Positions 59,839-64,000 of a stretch of DNA of 64,000 bases are shown piece after piece. The stretch spans positions 71,760 to 135,759 of the forward strand of contig JAQUSJ010000001.1 of NCBI GenBank assembly GCA_028715175.1, given 5' to 3'. The translations under genes were made by a program, and so were the position numbers. The notes below the pieces were generated by a model. It did no database searches. It was not told the origin of the DNA and saw nothing but the letters and a program-made list of their open reading frames with translations. This stretch comes from Candidatus Daviesbacteria bacterium (GTDB lineage Bacteria; Patescibacteriota; Microgenomatia; Daviesbacterales; UBA10151). The first letter of the stretch is position 1; each line of letters begins with the position of its first letter.

Positions 59839-60486
59839 ATGAATAAAATTAAAGCAGTGCTTTTTGATATGGATGGACTGATGGTGGACACTGAACCTAT
59901 ACACCTTCGGGCTTTTAATTATGCACTGGGGAAATATGGCAAACATTTAACAGAGGAGGGAAATACCAGAAGGTATATTGGAACTCCTGATATTGATGGA
60001 GCAAAGGATATGGTGTTGAGATTTAGTTTACCTATATCTGCTCAAGAGCTTGTTATGGTTAAGAAAGCAAGGGTTAAAGAACTGCTGACAAGTCTAGAAC
60101 CAGAACCAGGTCTAATTGAACTGCTGGCAAACTTGAAGCAAAACGATTACAAAGTTGCAATTGCTTCCAGTTCTTACTTAGAAACGATAAGAAAAATTAT
60201 TCAAGATCTGGGAGTTGCTAAGATGATTGATAAATTAGCTTCTGCTGAAGAAGTCAAACAAGGTAAACCAGCACCTGATGTGTATTTACTAGCTGCAGAA
60301 AAATTAGGGGTAAGCCCTAGTGAATGTTTAGTGCTAGAAGATGCACCAAAAGGAGTTCAAGCAGGCAAGTTAGCTGGAATGAAAGTTTTTGCAATTCCCA
60401 GTCAGTACACAAAAGATGGGGATTTTAGTTTGGCAGATAAAGTATTGAGCAGTTTGTCTGAGGTGTTTGATTTAATTAACCTCTGA
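59839..60486 (+). CDS. HAD-family phosphatase
   Basis: FDMDGLMVDTE, ASSS, KPAPD, EDAPKG. Confidence 0.92.
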   Translation: MNKIKAVLFDMDGLMVDTEPIHLRAFNYALGKYGKHLTEEGNTRRYIGTPDIDGAKDMVLRFSLPISAQELVMVKKARVKELLTSLEPEPGLIELLANLKQNDYKVAIASSSYLETIRKIIQDLGVAKMIDKLASAEEVKQGKPAPDVYLLAAEKLGVSPSECLVLEDAPKGVQAGKLAGMKVFAIPSQYTKDGDFSLADKVLSSLSEVFDLINL

Positions 60487-61231
60487 TAATTTTACAACTG
60501 GGACATCTTAGGGATTCTGCCTCATAAATTTTGGCGACTTGGTTTGATAATTTAAAGATTAATTCTGATCCCTCGTCAACTTTAAAAATATCAGGATTAT
60601 TGTCAAAAGACAGAGTGGCAGCTCCCCTAACCAATTTAAAAGTAGCTGTATCCTCATCCTTGAAAAAAACAGCTGGAATTTTTTCAGTAGTATTGTTAAA
60701 AGCTAACCCCCAACCTTTTTTAAAAGTTTGTCCGGTGATGCTTTTAAAATAACCGGTGGAGCCAAAAGGAGTAGATAAAACTATTCCGTCTCCAATGAAA
60801 AGCTGATTATTTATAGATCCTTCGACTCTCCGGCTTCCGCCGGATCGCTCAGGATGACTCGTTTCGCTCGTCACCTGGAAACGGATAGTATGTATAGGTT
60901 GGGCATTCCTGATGACAAAATCATTTAATGCTGTAAATGTCTGATATAAAATTGTAGTTTCCAGCTTTTTATACTCTTTTGTTTTTAACCCTCCTTCAAG
61001 CAGGCGCTTTAATAGAGTTTTTTCATCATGTTCGGGACATTTTTTACAAACGGAACTGGCCCTAATAGGTAATTTGGGAATTCCCGGATAAATTCTTTCT
61101 GAATACAAAAGAGTACCGTCTCCACCATAACTTATGATTACGTCAGGATTGGAATGAACTATTTCAAAACCGAAGCTTTTTACAAGCCCTATTATGTTTT
61201 TTGCATTTTTACCAATTAGTAATGTTTTCAT
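60476..61231 (-). CDS. NAD kinase-like protein
   Basis: GGDGT, ALND, GDG...STP.GSTGY. Confidence 0.85.
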   Translation of the reverse strand: MKTLLIGKNAKNIIGLVKSFGFEIVHSNPDVIISYGGDGTLLYSERIYPGIPKLPIRASSVCKKCPEHDEKTLLKRLLEGGLKTKEYKKLETTILYQTFTALNDFVIRNAQPIHTIRFQVTSETSHPERSGGSRRVEGSINNQLFIGDGIVLSTPFGSTGYFKSITGQTFKKGWGLAFNNTTEKIPAVFFKDEDTATFKLVRGAATLSFDNNPDIFKVDEGSELIFKLSNQVAKIYEAESLRCPSCKIIRG

Positions 61232-61290
61232 AGGCTCATGATACTACAATTTCTATAAATATTTCAGGTATACTAAAATATTAAGTTTCT

Positions 61291-62529
61291 ATGGCACCTA
61301 AAATTTCACCATTTATAACCCTTAAAATTCCGGTTTTTAGGAATTTTTTATTCGGAACATTTATTTCGGAGATTGGCAATCAGATGCAAATAGTGGCGGT
61401 AGCATGGCAAGTCTATGAGTTGACCCGGAATCCCGCTTCGTTAGGTTTAATCGGTCTTGCGAATTTTTTGCCGGTGCTTGCCTTTTCTTTAATTGGAGGT
61501 TTGGTTGCAGATAAAGCAGACAGGAAAAAACTTTTAATTTTGAGCCAAAGCACTTTATCTCTGATCGCATTTATTTTGTTTTTTTTAACTGCAACTCATT
61601 TTATTAATCCATTGATAATTTATTTTATGCTGATGCTGAATTCAATTGCAGCTTCGTTTTCACTCCCCGCCAGACAGGCAGTTTTACCGAACCTGTTGCC
61701 TAAAAAGTTATTTATGAATGCTGTTTCCATACATACTCTGCAATTTCAATCCGCTGTTTTGATCGGTCCCGCTATAGCAGGGTTTTTGATAGGAGGATTT
61801 GGAGTAGCATCGGTTTATCTTTTGAATGCCGTTTCGTTTTTAATTTTTACTGGCAGCATCCTTACGATTAAGGTGCCGCTGAATTTAAAAACTGAAGCAG
61901 TTGAGTTTAACTTAAACTCGATTCTGGACGGGATTAAGTTTGTTGTATCCACCCCGATTCTATATTCAACAATGATATTGGATTTTCTGGCAACATTTTT
62001 TGGGACAGCAAATATTTTAATGCCTATCTTTGCAAAAGAGATTTTGCGTGTTGGTCCTGAAGGGTTGGGACTCTTGTATTCTGCGCCTGCAGTAGGAGCT
62101 GTTGTTGCGGGATTGTTACTATCTTTTTTCCACTACCACCGGCTTAAAAATCAAGGCAAGATGATTATTATTTCCATTATTCTCTATGGCGCGGCAACGA
62201 TCGGTTTTGGTTTGTCCAAAAATTTACCATTGTCTCTGTTTTTCTTAAGTCTGGCGGGATTCGGAGATATGATTTCTTCGGTTATCAGGAACACTATTAG
62301 ACAGCTTATAACACCGGATCATTTGCGGGGGAGGATGGTTTCGATTATGAGGATTTTCTTCCAGGGTGGGCCCCAACTGGGGGAAATTGAAGCAGGGTTT
62401 TTAGCAAAAGTCATCGGCGGGCCTGCATCGGTTGTGATTGGGGGAGTTGGGGTAATACTCATTACCTCCTTGATTGCCTGGCGGAATAAAAGTTTGAGAA
62501 ATTATCAGGGAAAAGAATTGGCGGTTTAG
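61291..62529 (+). CDS. MFS transporter (EntS/MefA-like)
   Basis: 12 TM, G.VAD..DRK, TPD.LRGR. Confidence 0.88.
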   Translation: MAPKISPFITLKIPVFRNFLFGTFISEIGNQMQIVAVAWQVYELTRNPASLGLIGLANFLPVLAFSLIGGLVADKADRKKLLILSQSTLSLIAFILFFLTATHFINPLIIYFMLMLNSIAASFSLPARQAVLPNLLPKKLFMNAVSIHTLQFQSAVLIGPAIAGFLIGGFGVASVYLLNAVSFLIFTGSILTIKVPLNLKTEAVEFNLNSILDGIKFVVSTPILYSTMILDFLATFFGTANILMPIFAKEILRVGPEGLGLLYSAPAVGAVVAGLLLSFFHYHRLKNQGKMIIISIILYGAATIGFGLSKNLPLSLFFLSLAGFGDMISSVIRNTIRQLITPDHLRGRMVSIMRIFFQGGPQLGEIEAGFLAKVIGGPASVVIGGVGVILITSLIAWRNKSLRNYQGKELAV

Positions 62530-62567
62530 ACTCTTTAACCCGGACTAAATCAGAGTCTTGACAAGAA

Positions 62568-62594
62568 CTAGCAGTCGATGTAAACTACTGCTAG
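62568..62594 (+). promoter_or_regulatory. CIRCE-like operator overlapping hrcA promoter
   Basis: CTAGCAGTC-N9-TACTGCTAG; TTGACA at 62558, 17-nt spacer, TAAACT at 62581. Confidence 0.75.
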
Positions 62595-62603
62595 TTTATT
62601 AGT

Positions 62604-63332
62604 ATGGCTGAACTTTCAGATCGACAACGAGCACTTTTAAAAGCAATAATAGAAGAATATATCGAGTTTGCCGAGCCGGTTGGATCTGAGATTATTGAAA
62701 GAAAATATAATCTGGGGGTTTCCCCTGCCACTATTAGAATTGAAATGGGACGTTTAACAGACAGCGGGTATCTCCGTCAGCCCCATACGTCTGCCGGAAG
62801 GGCGCCAACATCAACAGGGATGAGATTTTATATTGCTGAGCTGATGAACGAAAAACAGCTTCCAATTGCGGCTGAAGTTTCGATTAAAGAGAAACTGATG
62901 TCGCAAAGATATAAACAAGAGAGGCTTTTGAAAGAGGCTGTTTTATCGCTGGCCCAAAGGCTTGATATGTTAGGTTTGGTAATTGATGATGAAGGTCAAA
63001 TATTCTATGCCGGTGCGGCAAACATTTTGGATTGGCCGGAATTTTATGATATTGATGTGACCAGATTTGTTCTGTCGCTTTTTGATGAAAACCCCAGGTT
63101 ACAGGAAATTATCGGGAGGGCTGTCGGATCTGATCCGGTGCATATCTTGTTTGGCGAAGATATGGAATTTGAATATTTGCGGCCGACAAGCTTTGTTTTT
63201 ACAAAATATGATGCGAATGAAGGTAAAACCGGAGTGGTTGGGGTGATAGGTCCAGCCAGGATGAATTTCCCGCTGGTTTTGCCTTATGTAAAATATGTCA
63301 GAAATATGTTAACTGAAGCAATGAGAATTTAG
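62604..63332 (+). CDS. hrcA: Heat-inducible transcription repressor (short form)
   Basis: EPVGS, SPATIR, QPHTSAGR.PT, GVIGP.RM. Confidence 0.95.
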   Translation: MAELSDRQRALLKAIIEEYIEFAEPVGSEIIERKYNLGVSPATIRIEMGRLTDSGYLRQPHTSAGRAPTSTGMRFYIAELMNEKQLPIAAEVSIKEKLMSQRYKQERLLKEAVLSLAQRLDMLGLVIDDEGQIFYAGAANILDWPEFYDIDVTRFVLSLFDENPRLQEIIGRAVGSDPVHILFGEDMEFEYLRPTSFVFTKYDANEGKTGVVGVIGPARMNFPLVLPYVKYVRNMLTEAMRI

Positions 63333-63357
63333 TAGTATGTAGAATGTAGTAAGTAGT

Positions 63358-64000
<643 letters not shown>

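Noticed and set aside
58866-62529. MccF-like peptidase and MFS as immunity/export for the RiPP
   Set aside because: About 29 kb away and outside the repeat-bounded island; no sequence evidence of linkage.

Overview
Gene-dense, AT-rich bacterial chromosomal region. Short ValS, MetG and TpiA, truncated HolA, DUF4012, PEGA and dockerin surface proteins, pilN/pilO, and no amino-acid or cofactor pathways suggest Patescibacteria/CPR, probably Microgenomates (inference). Most of it is housekeeping: valS, metG, tsaD, rplY, rpsT, lepA, groES/EL, hrcA-grpE-dnaK with CIRCE-like operators, sbcCD, pcrA, murB, murJ, FemABX, LCP, ahcY plus adenosine kinase. The standout is a ~4.6 kb island (25617-30222) inserted at the 3' end of a PH-domain membrane gene and bounded by a 78-bp direct repeat. 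It encodes a candidate RiPP pathway: a 61-aa Pro/Cys-rich precursor, standalone YcaO, SagB-type dehydrogenase, M16 peptidase and a divergent SAM methyltransferase. Also notable: a SAM-I-like riboswitch with terminator in front of an orphan ORF converging on ahcY; several families of palindromic and heptamer repeats inserted in-frame in conserved genes; an orphan between groES and groEL; tatD split by one in-frame stop; and a 57-aa ORF in the pilP position missed by the ORF track. No rRNA, tRNA, CRISPR array, integrase or transposase was recognised. All product calls come from motif recognition by eye, with no database search.
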